Shown piece by piece: positions 31,601 through 46,300 of a stretch of DNA of 64,000 bases. The stretch's first letter is position 1, and each line of letters begins with the position of its first letter. This DNA comes from Gnetum montanum. Its lineage: Eukaryota; Plantae; Gnetophyta. The stretch spans positions 653,158-717,157 of the forward strand of contig MNCI01001083.1 of NCBI GenBank assembly GCA_015680685.1, in the 5' to 3' direction. Both the position numbers and the translations under genes were made by a program. Under the pieces are notes generated by a model. That model searched no databases. It worked only from the letters and a program-made list of their open reading frames with translations, and had not been told where the DNA came from.

Positions 31601-34600
31601 GAACCTTATCTCTGGGTTGATACTTAACTTTCCTGATTTTTAGGTCATGACGTTGTTTATTAAATGCCTTGTGCAACTCATTAGATGACAGGGCAGCTAA
31701 TCGATTCTCGTCTAGCAAGTTAAGAGTCATCAACCTTTGTTTTTGTGCTAGATCAAGGTCAAGGTTGAGGTCACATGCTGTGGCTAGTGTATAGACCTAA
31801 GTTTAGATAGGAAGTGTTAGAAGTTTTTCATACACTAACATGTAGGGAGAGTAGCCTATCGGGAGTTTCCATGTGGAGTGGTATGTCCAAAGGGCATCAT
31901 TCAGTTTAGTGCTCCAATCTCGCCTATACTTGCTAATGGTTCTGGTCAGTATCTTAGTAATCTCCCTATTAGTGACCTTGGCTTGAGCGTTTGCTTGGGG
32001 GGTGGTATGGTGTTGTCAATTTGTGTTCAACCCCTAAGCATTGCATTAACTTTCAAAAAGTTGCACCTGTAAAGTGTGTACCATTATCTGAGATAAGTGC
32101 ACATGACATACCAAACCTGTTGATGACTTGTTGTTGAACAAATCAGGCAACTGTAGATGATGTGCAATCTTTAACAGTAGCTACTTTAGCCCATTTTGTT
32201 AAGTAGTCTATGGCAACTATGATGTAAGCTTTTCCATTGGACATTGGTGTAATGGGCCCCATGAAATCGATTCCCCAAATGTCGAAGGGTTCTAATGGTT
32301 GAATCCATTGTTCTAGATCCTCCATTCTAGCAATCATTCCCCCATCACATTGACAACATTCAAAATATTGGATGAAGTGATGGGTGTCTTGGAACAAGGT
32401 AGGCCAATAATACCCTGCAAGTAGGATCTTAATAGCCATTCATATCCTAGCATAGTGACCCCCACAAGGGCCCTCACGAGCATCTTGGAGAACTCTCAGT
32501 TGATCTCTATTGGGAACACGCCATTGAACCAAGCCATTAGGACATACTTTGTAAAGTTTTCCATCAATTTCCATAAAGTACTTGGCTCTATGAAGAAACT
32601 ATTGTTTCTTCTTAAGGTCTAATTTTTGTGGTGTTTGTTGGGTAAGGAGATAGGTCAGAATGCTACTGTACTAGTTTGTCTCCATGGGTGATTGATTAGT
32701 CACTACATCGGCAAAGAGGAACTCATTAGGAAAATGATTAGAAATAGGATACTCATTCTCTTTGCTATCCCAGTGTAACCGAGATAAATGATTAACAACT
32801 ACGTTCTCGGTGCCTTTACGATTGATCATCGTTAGATCGAACTCTTGTAGGATTACCATCCATTGTATAATATGGGGGCATACCATTGGCTTATTCATAA
32901 GGAACCAGATGGCACTATGATATGTGTATATGAATACTTTGTATCCCAATACATAGTGCCTAAATTTTTCTAGTGCAAACACTATAGCCATTAATTCTTT
33001 TTCTGTAGTAGTGTAGTTAAGTTGTGCACCAGCTATACTTCTACTTGCACAGTGGATGTAATAAGGGCATTTTTGATCATCTAACTATGTAAGTATGACT
33101 CCTAAGGCATAGTTGGATGCATCAGTCATGACATGGAATAGTTTAGACCAATCAGGAGCTTGTAGAATGGGTGTTTCTACCAGCTTCTGCTTCAAAGTTT
33201 GGAAGGCTAGTTCACATTCCCTAGTCCACTCGAAGGGTACGTCTTTTTTCATTAACTCTACTAATGATTTGGCCTCCTTCGAAAAGTTCTCTATGAATCT
33301 CCTATAGTAGCCAGTGTGTCCAAGGAATGATCGAATGTCTTTGATAGTTTCCAGTTGATAGGTAATTCCTTGGATGACCTTGATTTTCTTGGGATCTACC
33401 TCTATCCCTGCATGTGAAATTTTATGCCCAAGTACTACACCTTCTTGGATCATTAAATGGATTTTCTACTAGTTTAGCCTTAGATTAGTTTCTACACATC
33501 TTTTTAGCACTTGTCTAACTAGTCTAAGGCTTGATCAAAACTTGCTTTGTAGGTGGAGAAGTCATCCATAAATACTTCCACACTATTTCCTATCTGCTGC
33601 TAGAATATGCTTAAAACTAAATGTTGAAACATGGCAGGGGCATTGCACAAGCCAAACAACATTTTCTTGTATGCAAACATTCCTCAAGGACTAGTGAACG
33701 TAGTTTTGGCTTGGTCTTCTGGGGCTATTTGTATTTGGTTGTATTCGCTATAGCCATTCAGAAAACTATAACAGCGATGCCCTGCGATTGTGTCCAACAC
33801 TTGGTCAACAAATGGCAACGGAAAGTGATCCTTGAATGTTGTAATGTTTAGCAGCCTAAAATCTATGCACACCCTCCATTTTCCTCCCTTTTTAGGCATG
33901 ATTACTAAGGGGCTAAACCATTTGCTATCAGCAATGGGGTATATGAACCCAGCCCTTAGAAGCTGTTCGATTTCTTCTTTCACTACTTGCTTCAACTTTG
34001 GGTTCAATTGCCTCTGTGGTTTTTTTCGAGGCTTCATGGAGAAGTCAGTGTAAATCCTATGCTATCATATCCTAGGATCTATTCCAGCTAATTCTGGATA
34101 TGACTAGGTGAAGGCTTTTGACCACTTATTTATTACATTGAGCAGACTTTTTTTTTGTTGTGAAGCAAGTCTCGCGTTGATGATTATTGGTTTTCCATAC
34201 CGGTGGGCAATGGTTTTAGCTCCAGGGGCTCTTATTTAAATTTCTTATGAATTTCCAACTTCCCTCAGTTGATGTTTTCTAAGTTAGTACTAGGAAGTTG
34301 GTGGTGGACTTGCTCTAATGCATCAATGCTATCTATATAAGTGCAAGTCAACCCCTCAATTAGTTCCATGCATATAAGTGAGCTTCTTTCTTGATCAGCT
34401 ATCAAACATTGGGTGTCTTCTTGTTGTATGGCTGCTGCATATAGGCACCTTTGTATGTTGATTGTTTGTGCATACTAATTGCATGCAGGCAATGTTAAAC
34501 TTTGCACAACCCATGATCTCTGCATGCAATTGCACCCTATGTCACTGTATGCGATGCATGGAACCTTCTTCTTCTCGATCTTTCCAAAAGTATTTTCCTT

Positions 34601-37600
34601 AGATATTTGTAGGGAAAGATCGTGGATTCCTAGGTGCGCATTGATAATGCTTAGCCATTCCCTTCCCATTATGATTGGGAAGTCCCCCTTACTGTTATTC
34701 ACTTGAATCACTAGGAAGTCAACTGGATATGACCATCCACAAATAGTGGTAACACTGTCCTCCACTAATCCCAAGGGAATAGTGATGGACTGGTCAGCTA
34801 ACTCTAAATGGACATTGCTTTTTTTTAATGGGGCTAGGTTCCAAACCTTATACATTTCTTGGGATATTAGGCTGACACCAGAACTTGAATCCAAAAGAGC
34901 TTTGCATAGATCATTCCCAGTGATTTGTAGATAGATTAGGGGACTCCCAAGATCAGAGAATTTCCTAGGAAGGTGGCTAGCTTTGATCTAATCAGTAACG
35001 ACATGTGTTAACATGACCATATGTGTTGAATGCAGTGTTAAGTTTGAATTGAGCTCCGAAGCTTTAGTTGATATGGAGGCATCCAAAGACTCAACCACTT
35101 GAGGTTGCAAAGGCTTGGTTGGACTGTTGGTTTTGAAGAAAGATCTTTTCTTTGTATGATTATCATAACCAATAGCAGGTTGAGGATAAATAGCCCTTAT
35201 GGCATTGCGTTGTTGTGGCTGAGCAGGGAGTTCACCTTGCATTGCTGGAGCAGGTGTTAATGGAGCTATTAGTGGGAGAGATGCGGTTGGATTGGAAGGA
35301 TGGTATACTTGTGGAATGCTACCCCTAAGAGAGGAAGTCCTATAGTACTTGTGGGCTTGGTAGTGATGTTGGGGAGTAACGTGACCAAAAGAGTCACGTG
35401 GAGAGATTGGATGCTCACGTAGTATCCATATGGATCAGGTTGCTAGTAAGTATATTGTTGCCTTGGCGGTGGCATTCTCCATGATTGTGGGTGCTGCCAC
35501 TGTTGATGTTGCTTAATTGGTTGTGGTGGAGTTCCACTTGGATAATACATTAAAGGTTGGTGGAACTGCCTTGGGTTACCTTGGGGATAAGGTAACTGTC
35601 GGGATGTTTGCCGTTTGTTTAATTGTGGATTAAGTGCATACATCCCAAACTCCTGTAAATGTGAGATTATAGGGCGACATCCCTTAGGATGGTTGTATTG
35701 ACAGATCTCACATCCACTATCATTGTCTGTATCTAAGTCCACAACCTCTTCAATAATAGAAACCTTACCCTTACCCTTGTTATGCGCATTTTCTACTTCC
35801 CTCTTTTTCCTTTTGTCACAATCACTACCTCGCTTCTTAGACTCCTCTACTACTTTGAGCACAGTTTGAAATCTACTATCCAGGGAGTCCCACATTTGGT
35901 CTACCTTTATTGATACTTTTGATGCTAACTTTTGGATAAGCAAGGTTTTCCTATTCACCATCTCTTCAAGTGGTGACTCTTCCTCATCCTCACAGAATCT
36001 TACTCCCTTCTTTCGAAGGGAAGGATCTCGATTATATTCCTCTACAGTCTCTCTTTTTCGTAGCTCCCCTTCTTCCTTAGCTACTTGCTCTAGTAGCCTA
36101 TGAATTTGATGGGATCTAAGCTTAGATAACCTTCCTTGGGCATAAGTCCCAAGGATCCTTCTTGTTTCATGCGTAAGCCCATCTACAAGATGGAGTAGTT
36201 GATCCCGCTGTGAATAACCATGGCTAGGACAATGATGTAAGAGTGCATAATAGTAGCCCATGGAAGCATCCAAGGGTTCATGAATTCCTTGTTTTCATCC
36301 TTGGATTTGCTTTCATAGGTTAGACACCTAGGAGTACGTTTGGTACTTATCATTGAACAATTCTAGCATAGTACCCCACCTACGAATGGATTTTGGTTCT
36401 AAGGACTGGTACCAGCTTTCAACTTCTTTTATTTGTGTCCATGGGAATAATTTAAATTTTTTCCATTCATTTTCTATGTTTTGCAAGGAACACACATCAT
36501 GAAATGCTTGTAAGTGATTTTGAGGATTAGCGTTATATCCCCCTTCAAATCATGGGATGTTATTCATGTATAACCTCTTGATCTTACTATCTTTTTGGTG
36601 CCTTGTTGAAACTCTCACAGCCTCAGTTATATCTAGCATGCTTCGTGTAGTGAGTAGGGGTTCATCGTGATCATCTCATTCATAGTGTTTATGGTGCCTA
36701 CATGGTTCCCTAATCTCCCTTCTTCTATGGCATGATTCCCTAGAGTGCCCTCGTCCTCTATCTTGGTTGTCTTGTATGTGACTTCCACTTTGTTTGCCCT
36801 TATCCTCACGATCTATTTCTCTATGGCTATGTTCGGATATGGAAGGAGAGGTTGAAGGAGATGATTAAGATGAAGAAGAAGGATAACCGCCACCATGACG
36901 GTGTCTACTACCTTCTCTTCGGTGGTCTCTCCCTCGATCGTGATTGCGGTCAGAATGCCCACCTTTGTCATGTGTCTTTGTTCCTTTTTTGGACTCTTTG
37001 TGTCTCTTGGTATCAGCACCTGGGTTGTGAATAGTAGAATGAAGGGTCTGATACACAACCCCTTGACCAAAGTCAAGGGGAGGAACATTGTTATGTGGGT
37101 GATTTCCTCAAGAAGGTTCATCACCCTCAATTTCACTTACAACGTGTGGGGAATCCTCAGACCATTTTCCCTTCAAGGACTTATGGTGTCTCTCTTGTTT
37201 CAAGTCCCTTTGACATTGTGCTTTGGTGGGATAATAGTCTCTTGAATCATAGTCTTGCACAATGTACTCAGTATGTAAGTGTTGCATGCCTATTTGTGTA
37301 AGAGCACGAAGAAGCATACTTGAGACTGAACGGTCAGGAGGTAACACTATGTTACCTTCCAAGTCACGCCAATGCAACTGTTCATCTTGGTGGAGAATAA
37401 AGGTGAAGTCTGGTACATATTCATCAAGATGAACATATACCACACGAAACTATTGAGGAACTAGCAGATCAACGTCACATGTATTCTACCACTGATTGCT
37501 TCTTGTGTTAGTCCTAGGTGGTGAAGTGCTTTTGTGCGAAGAAGAAGACATCTTGTCTTGTTCAGTGTGCTATGTACTATTACCTTTTCTTAACCAACCC

Positions 37601-38529
37601 TAAGGGTTCATTCCAACAATGTGAATGATTTCCTAAGTTCTACTTAGCGCACAAAAAACTAAGTCCCCGGAAATGGCACCAATGATGAGCGGCGAGGTAC
37701 CCCTACACTCAACCATACGAATACGAGTGTTTCATGCACGATCTGGTCAAATTTCAAGGACTAAGTGCCTATGTTCCTTTGTAGAAAAATAGTGGGTTGA
37801 TTAATCATTGTCTTTCCAAACTTACTTGTATGTCACAGTTGTGTGGTTAAGTAAGCCTGAGGTATATGATTTTTATGGCTTTTATGTGTTTTTATGTCCT
37901 GCGCTANTATGTGTTTTTATGTCCTACGCTAATAAGGAGGGGAGAGACAAATAATTAAGTACTAATCTAATTTAACTATTAATTAACTAAGTTCTAAGTA
38001 CTCTTAACACCAGTATCCATTCCCACTTGGCATACACATCCTAAACTGGTGCAACACTGTTGGGATTACCAAACGCTAATTGTTACTAGGTTACCAAACG
38101 CTACACGCATGCTCGAAGTGGTCATACTGAGTGTAATTAACTAAGAGAGTTGTAAGGTGAGAGAGATCATTAATTAACTAGGAAAGCATTAAATAATAAT
38201 TAACACTAATTAATCTATTTTGTATGCTGCAAGGTTTATCATAAAGTTCGTCTTTATTACCGTACACAAAGTGTGCTCGGGTACACAATGCTCGAATAAA
38301 GATCCGTTCACTCTATGACTCCTACTGTGGGCATGCAGAAATAATTCTAACTCTGGAGGGAGAAAATGGCAAGAGTTTGGCTAAGGGACTAACTTTTTAC
38401 TATTGAAACCAAGGGCGCAGCCTCTTATTTATAGGCAAGGAGACAGGCCGTGATATCGGGTATTCAACATCACATGGTAGATCTGATATCATAGATGCGA
38501 TATTGTTAATGCAATATCATGGTTCATCA
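28604..38529 (-). mobile_element. Athila-like Ty3/gypsy element 2, full domain set but degenerate
   Basis: LTRs 28604-29397 and 37683-38529, TSD AAAAT/ACAAT, PBS TTGGTGCCATTTCCGGGGAC at 37662-37682 (minus strand). Confidence 0.95.
31323..37551 (-). pseudogene. gag-pol of element 2 (gag, PR, RT, RNase H, IN)
   Basis: PR ALLDSSSGVSLI; RT PKKGGKWRVCIDFR..KDHFPLPFVDQ..FMDDFS; RH TDASNYALG..ALEKFRHY..NHLSRL; IN GYYWPTLFQD..WGIDFMGP..WEGPY. Gypsy domain order with no extra archaeal-type RNase H points to Athila rather than Tat. Many stops. Confidence 0.95.
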
Positions 38530-40358
38530 ACAATGTTGATGAAATTTTAAAGCAACTATTGTTGTACTTGATCCAAATTTGGTCCACCTAATCCACTTGT
38601 CCCATTATTTTATCTAGCCCTTCTTTGTAACATTTGTAAATCTCAAACAAAACTTTGATTAGTGATCTAAAGTCATGCTATGATACTAACCTATCACACC
38701 TCAAAATTTACCATAGATAAATTATAAAATCACTTAAAGAGACATGGGAAATAACTTAAAAACTTATAAAATCATATAAGCATAATAACACTTAAAAAAC
38801 TTAATAACTTAGAAATCACTTAAAAATCCACATAAGTACATTTATACCTACTTAGGTGTTGTTACAACTTGAATAAGATCTTAATAAAAATTACATATTT
38901 ATGGCCAAAATAAAATTCAATTAAATGGTAAAATCATAACATGAAATACATAAAGAGATAATATTTTATCCGATTTTGATCCTTCTTCTAGTGCCATCTT
39001 GACCACCTCTAAAGCTTTCCAATATATCTGCAAATAATACATGCAAGAAGGGTTAGAATGTGTTCATAGTAGATGAAATCTAATTAGAAGCTCCTTGGAA
39101 CATAACTGGAGGATGGGGCCTAGGCTAAAAAAATACATTATTAGTACCACTAAAATGTTTATTCACATAAATGTTAACTTAAAATTAATCATAAAATGTA
39201 TAAATTACTTATGGATGTTTGGTTTTCTCTTAACAATGATATTCTTGTGATGTTTTTAGCATCAAACATTACAATAATTATAAGAATGATACTCACTTAA
39301 ACTAGTTCTTATGTAAGATAAGACCAATTATTGGATTAGAAATCTTTATGTAGAATTACTATTGTATTGATTATGACTAGTATTAATTTTATGGCTAATC
39401 TATGATCCTCACTCCTTACACCATTCTAAATGAGATATGATATTGACTAAACATTAATCTGTAAGTGAACATGATTAGTCTACAAATTCAACAAATGCTT
39501 ATTCATTAATAACAAGTCACATATTAGTGGCCTTTCAAAAATTGTATTAGTTTATGTTCTCTTAAGTAATCATTCAAGTCTTCTAACATGTCAAACACAC
39601 ACATACATTTAAAATTTCCACTAGTCATTACTGTCTAAATGCATCATTTTCACCTAACACTAAGATAAATGTGTTACTCTAAAAAATCTGTCAATGTTAC
39701 ATCACAACTTTTGTTATGACATCTAGATCTATTATGACCTATGTCATGATGTTCTAAAATGTTGTTGCCACTATTGATACTAAGAAGAGATACTGCATTA
39801 GAAAGATGGTGTTGAAGTGCAGAGCAGAAAATTCCAAAAATGGTGAAATATAAATTAAACATTAGAAGATAGGATTAGATTAATAAGTAAAACATCATGA
39901 AAAGTAAAGTAGGTCTAAGAGATTGGGTAAGAATCTTATCAAAATTGATTGAATTCATCATATTTCTTCTATTTTAAGGGATTAGTTACACATACAGATT
40001 CCTCACATAAGAATAAATTTAGATCTAGAATCACTAAGAGATTTGGAAAGAACAACTGTGAGTAAGAGAATGGAAGAGGGAGCAACACACCAATGATACC
40101 AAGAGAGATAGTGTTGCTAAGTATTTATAGGTGTAAATGATAAGGTTTTGGAAATTCTATGAATAAAAAATTAATAATTTTATTTTCTAAAAAATTTAGT
40201 AACATATATCCATAAAAATAGTTCAAAGATTAATCAATGGGTTAAAGTCACTAAGAGAATATTAGAATGAGTTGCATGTTCAAGAAGGAGTTCTAAGATA
40301 CAATAAAAGAATAATTGGAATAAACCCTAAATATCCATTAACATGTCTCATAATCATA

Positions 40359-43300
40359 TGATGAGGCATCAAGTGATAATTTGTAAGTGGATTGTAAGCC
40401 TTGTATTTGGGAAGTATTTCACATGCCTTGTGTTTGTAGTCTAGCATGTTTGGTTAAGATTATTGGTCTTCCAAGATGCACCCTAGCCATTTATCTCATA
40501 CTTTAAGATTTTGCACATGATTCCAAGGTTCTTATGATGGTTCTAACTTTATTTGGATGTTCTATGATCCCTCTATTATACTTCCTTAAGTTCCAGCTTT
40601 CACCTTGGATCCATATTCAAAAGTGTAACTTTAGGGAGGGTGTGTTGACTACTCTACACTAGCACAGGGGCATTAATGCACCCTTCTAAGCACACACCCT
40701 TCTTGTGAAAATTTGGGATCAAGTGCAAAAAGTACATTTTAATTAGCCAGGGTTGCATTGATGGACCTTTATTGATGCTTAGACATTGATCAACCTTATT
40801 CTTTTCTTTGCAAAAACTATAAATACCTGGGATGAGCTCTCACATACATCTTATGCATAACTTAGATTTCATTTGGGTTTTTTATGTCTTGTTTGTGTGA
40901 AGAAATCTTCCTCCCTTCGGTAAGTTAATTTCTTTTTGTCTTTTGTGTGTTTTGAGTCATCACTTTGACAAGTGTGTCTAGACTCTGTCAAAGTGCTACC
41001 TTGCTTATGTAGCCTAGAACCATTTAGTTGATGTGGAATTTAATGTTTGCATGGTGAATAAAGCTCTTGGATTTCCCTTGTTTCACTGTTGATGTCTTAA
41101 ACATAAAAATAATAAAAATATTTATTTACTTTTTGTTTGTTAGAGCTACGATCATTCATTCCTTTTCCAAGAAGGTCATAACCATATAGAATGGTGCTGG
41201 GCCATCGATATTATGACTAAGATTCATTTTATTACATTTTGTAGGTGGTATTGCATTTATCTCCTTCAAGGATTGCAACACAAGCATTTTCCCTATTCCT
41301 AGGTGGTATTGAGGTGCATGTGTATTTATGTTTATTTTATTCTTATATTCGTAAAATCTATAAAAAATATAAAATATAAAATTATGAATATTTCTCTCTA
41401 TATATTATTGTGGCAACATGGGTTTTAATTATATCATATGTATTATAATATCTTTTATATATCTTGAATGCAATGATATACATGAGTGTTCTTGGCAATA
41501 TACTTAAGATCATCTTTGAAGCTTACAACTAGATCACACTACATTTTGTATGATATAATTCCATTTCTCCAAAACTAATAAGATCCCTATCATTAGCATC
41601 ATTTCCAGGGAATTTTTTAGTGAATTACTTGAATTACTTGAACATTCACAATTTTTATTTTTTAGATTGTTGATTTTATAGGAAATAAAGAACCAAAGCA
41701 AGCATGGTTGAATTGAGTAATAAAAATCAATTGAAGAAGAAGTATCAATTAGTCCAAATAACTTTTAAAAATATGGTGAATGAAGCAACACCTCCTATTG
41801 TAATAAAATTTCATTAGGATAAACTCAAATGATGGCCTAATACTTATGGACTATTTTGTAAAGAACCTAGAGAAGTTGCACTTATGATATTTTAGGAGGC
41901 TTTTTGCAATCAATGCTTCATGGAGGATTTGGAAAATTGCAAACACATGTCATTCCAACTATTAAAGTATGCTAGTTATGAAAATAAAGAGATTCATGAT
42001 ATGACTAGGAAGTAAGAGTATGAGTGCATACATGCTGGAAAATAGGCAAGGCCTTCTCCTAAATACTTTCATAGCTAGAACATGAATGATTCTAAAGGAA
42101 GGAGATTCAAATATCTTTTCCTATGGGATTTTAGTTATACATGTAATGATTCAAAGAAGTCCATGATTTCATCTTTGTCTTTCTTGCATTTAAATGGAGG
42201 TGTTAATGGCTTGAATGAGCCATTATTTTCATGGATCTACCAAGGCCAAATTCATGAATAATTTTGCATCCTAGTTGAAATAATTATGGAAAGAATAATC
42301 AAAGATTTTGATATGGCTAACATTTCCACTGTTAGTGGGAGGTTATATGATGATCCTAAGCTCCATGTTCAAACATTTTTCATCATTGGTGAGCTACAAG
42401 GGTTTAAACATGATTGGTAGAAACTCCATCTTTGTCCCCATATGATTACTAATTATGCTAAAACATGATATCAATATCTTTCATCCAATTCCATCTCTCC
42501 TTGTTTAGACATGTTAAAAGCTTTTAATGTCAAATTTCAATATTATTCTTGAGTTGAAAACCTTAGAAAGAAGATAGCAGGATGAAAGTAGAATACTAAT
42601 GAATCATTAGATGTGGCCACATAATGGTATAATTGCATGCTTAATCAATGTACAAATCATGGGTTTCATAAACATGATTAATTAATGCACTTTGGTAGAT
42701 ATGTATGTAATGGATGATCTTTATCAAAGGTTTGTGGCTCAAATTATTACTATGTTAGATGTTGTAGCTAAATTGGAATGTGAATGACATAAACATGCAA
42801 ATGTTAAGAAAGCCAATGTAAATCCCCAATGATAGAAGGATGTAAAGAATGTTGAATGTAAGATTCAACCTTTTGATGATATTGAAGCTCTTGTTCGGAA
42901 AAGTATGAGAATGAAAAAGACTTTGGTAGACCTTACTAATGTTGTTGACAAGGTTTTAGATGTGCTAAATCAAAAGATAACATTAGGTTTTAAGGATTTG
43001 GAAAACAAAGTTGTCGAAGTAACTGGTAAAGTTAAAATGAGTAAGAGATCTTACCATGATTAAATTCCTTGCCCTTGTGCTCCATTTATTCAATCATAAC
43101 TTTAACAAGGAATGTAACCTTTCCTCTACATTACAATAATCTTCCTTATGCTCTTCTTCTTACCATGAAATTAAGTAGACCATGATCCACATACCTCATG
43201 TAATACCCCACCAATAGTGGCCATATTCACCACAACTATCTTAATGACTACAAGTTCACCAAATTCCATCATGGCCATATGTGCCATTACATGGGGTAAT

Positions 43301-46300
43301 TTCAAATCAACCATAGTAGGAACATGTCTAGTTTCTTAATGCAAGGTACTACCCTCATTTTCTATTATCATATACTATTGGATAGTACCACAATGATCAT
43401 GTTCCTTCTATAGTAGGAAATTCATCACCTCATAGATGAAAGAATTTTTATAAGAAAAAGAAGAATATAACTATTTTTGAGGATTTAGGCTTATCACCTT
43501 CATCATCATATTTCAAGGAATGAGAAGAAGAATATGCTTCTAAACAAAAAGTTCACCAAGAAGCTTGTCAAGTGCTAGTCTTGAACTCAATCAAGGAGGA
43601 AGAGCCCTTCATGTAATGGCTTTGATGGTATAGTATGTTTTATTGGTTTGGTATGTATTTTGTCTTATTTTTTTTTTGTAATACATATTTTGGTGTGTTT
43701 TTTTAATTTAATGATATATCATTCTATACCATTTTTATTCTTTTGGTTTCATATTTGTTTGAGTGTGATTTGTGTGTATAGGTTAAGTCAATTAATGTGT
43801 GTAATAAATGCTCACTTGATAAGCCAATGGTAGATATGAGTTATAGATGTGATGATGATTTGAGAGTGTTAAATGGGTCCAAAGTGAATCCTTGATCAAT
43901 AGAATTCCCACATGATAAAATTCATTCATCCACTTTTCCTATATTCATTATTGGTGAACCAAGTTTAGATTTAGTGATGAGCTAAGGCTTGCACTATGAT
44001 TTTTTGAAGCTATTGCCACTAAAATCATGGGTAGGTGGTGGTTCCACAACTTATGGTGTGAACTTTGGAATTCTAGAAGAACGCTTGGTTACTAGTAAGG
44101 AAAGGGTGTATCATCAAGGATCCTTGTGATCATTGAATGGATCTAATTGGTGTGATTGGATCAAGGTGTATGCACTTATAATTCTCAACAGTTCAATCCA
44201 AAGAGATTTGTGATTTTATGGACCTATGCATGTGATGCGATGAGGAATGAATTTTCATGTTAATGCAAGTCAAAGACTCAAGATGGTTAGTTGGCACTCC
44301 AACCATTCCCATAATTATAACACACAATTTAAAAATCCTATTCTCATGAAAAATTTTATTGATGAAATGAAAAAATATGATGATGATGATGAAATAAAGA
44401 AAATGATAAAAATAAAACAAAGAAAGAAAATGTAAAAGAAGAGGTAATGGGAAAATCAATGTTATTCAAATCTCTTTGGTGAACAGAAAGTAGTATTTCT
44501 ACCATCCTAAATTGATCATATAATTACTCAAGCAAGATTAAAATGGGTGGTTGAAATAATAATCATGCAAATATTTCTCATTTTTAACTTATTGCCTAGA
44601 TCACTTAACCTCCAAATGTAATAGTTCAAGACAATATTTTTCTCATTCCTACCCATGGCCATGAAGGCCTAGAAGTCAATCTCTTAGTGAAATTTGGTAA
44701 CATTAAATGTTTCTTCCACCCAATTCCTAAATTCATTTGTTCTTGTTTGTAATTGCTATTGGAATTGGGATTGGTTAGGGAAGTTAGAGGGATCAATGAG
44801 AGGATTCTAGTAAAGCAAAATTCAAGGATCATGTTGTGCATACATGCACAAATGAAGGAAAACCAAAATAGAATTTTGACTTCTAGATGATTTGAGGTAT
44901 GTTTTCTTAGTTTAGTTTCACCAATGATTATACCATGGTATAATAAAGGCTAGATGGCACTGGTGATGGTAGGTGACCTTGCACTTAAAAAGGAGACTTG
45001 GAGATTTATTCCTACTATTTGAATGAGTAGCAATAAAGAGAGGTAGTAGTGGATCTCTCATGGGATGTAGGATGTGTTCACAGGCTCCCATGAGATAATT
45101 AAATGATTGGCTAGAAATTTGATGATGTTTCACTCTCACCTTATCTCTCTTGTTTATCATTTATTCTTCATCTCTTTTCTTTTTATTCTATGCATTATTA
45201 TGTATGGTAGGAAGTCAATTAGGAAAAGTAGAGGATGATATTTGGCCATCCAAGGAGATGGACTCACAGTTGATGTTGATGTATGACTAGTTATTAGGAA
45301 TCCATGGGTGTTTCATCAATGGATTTCACAAGGAAAAGAAAGGTAGGTACTTACTATGGCAAGGATCCACTTGTGAATCCTTAGTGGCTTGGCATCATGT
45401 GCAAGTGACCTCAACTTTATCTCCTAGTGATGACAGCAGTTGTATGACATAAAGCTCTCGATCAGTCTTTCACTTGTATGAGTTTGACTCTATCAGCTTC
45501 AAGGTATGATCATGACAATTTTTTTTCCCTTAGCTCACTTCTGCCTATTTTTTGATGTTGTGGTACTCTATTTATTTTCCATTTTTCTAATCCTATTAGC
45601 TTGGATGACATCCAAGATAAGGTTTTAATTTTTTTGGTCTTCTTGCTCTATTTTGTGGCTTGTTGGATTTGATCCTTGGTTTGATTCTTTGAATTTTCAA
45701 GAGAATTTATTCTTCTTGTTATTTCCATTTACATTATTCATGTAGTTTAAGCCAAGTATCTTGTAACTTAGTCATGGGGGAGAGACACTGATTTAGATAT
45801 ATACTTTATAATTTTGGTGGTTAATTAAAATATTTCCACCTTATTTTACATACACATGCACATCTTCATTCCATTATTATAATTATTTTTCTCTCATGCC
45901 CCCAAGGATTATACTTATCATTGTTCCTATCATCATTTTTTACAATGGTAGTATAATGCCTTGGGGGATCTCACTTTATTTTTAGCATTTTTAGAGCTCA
46001 TCATATTTGGGTAAGAGAACCACTAGTCTTGGAAGAATAGGAGGAACAACATTAATCATCGTATCCAATACCTTATGCATGAGAGAGATCCCTTAAGAGA
46101 GAGATCCAAAAGTAGATGATCATGCTTTTGATCTTCTAGATTAAGCACATGCTCTTTTGATATTTTTTGAATGATTTCCAAAGGAGTTGGTAGGAGATGG
46201 TTTGAATATGGATTAAATGGAAGAATATGTAGATGAAAATGATGTATGACAAAGACCTATTCTTCCAACTTCTTCCTATTCCATGGAGGCATGTTAGGGG

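Noticed and set aside
37883-37932. Short direct duplication in the element 2 LTR
   Set aside because: It straddles an N at 37907 and is absent from the other LTR, so it is probably a scaffolding artefact.
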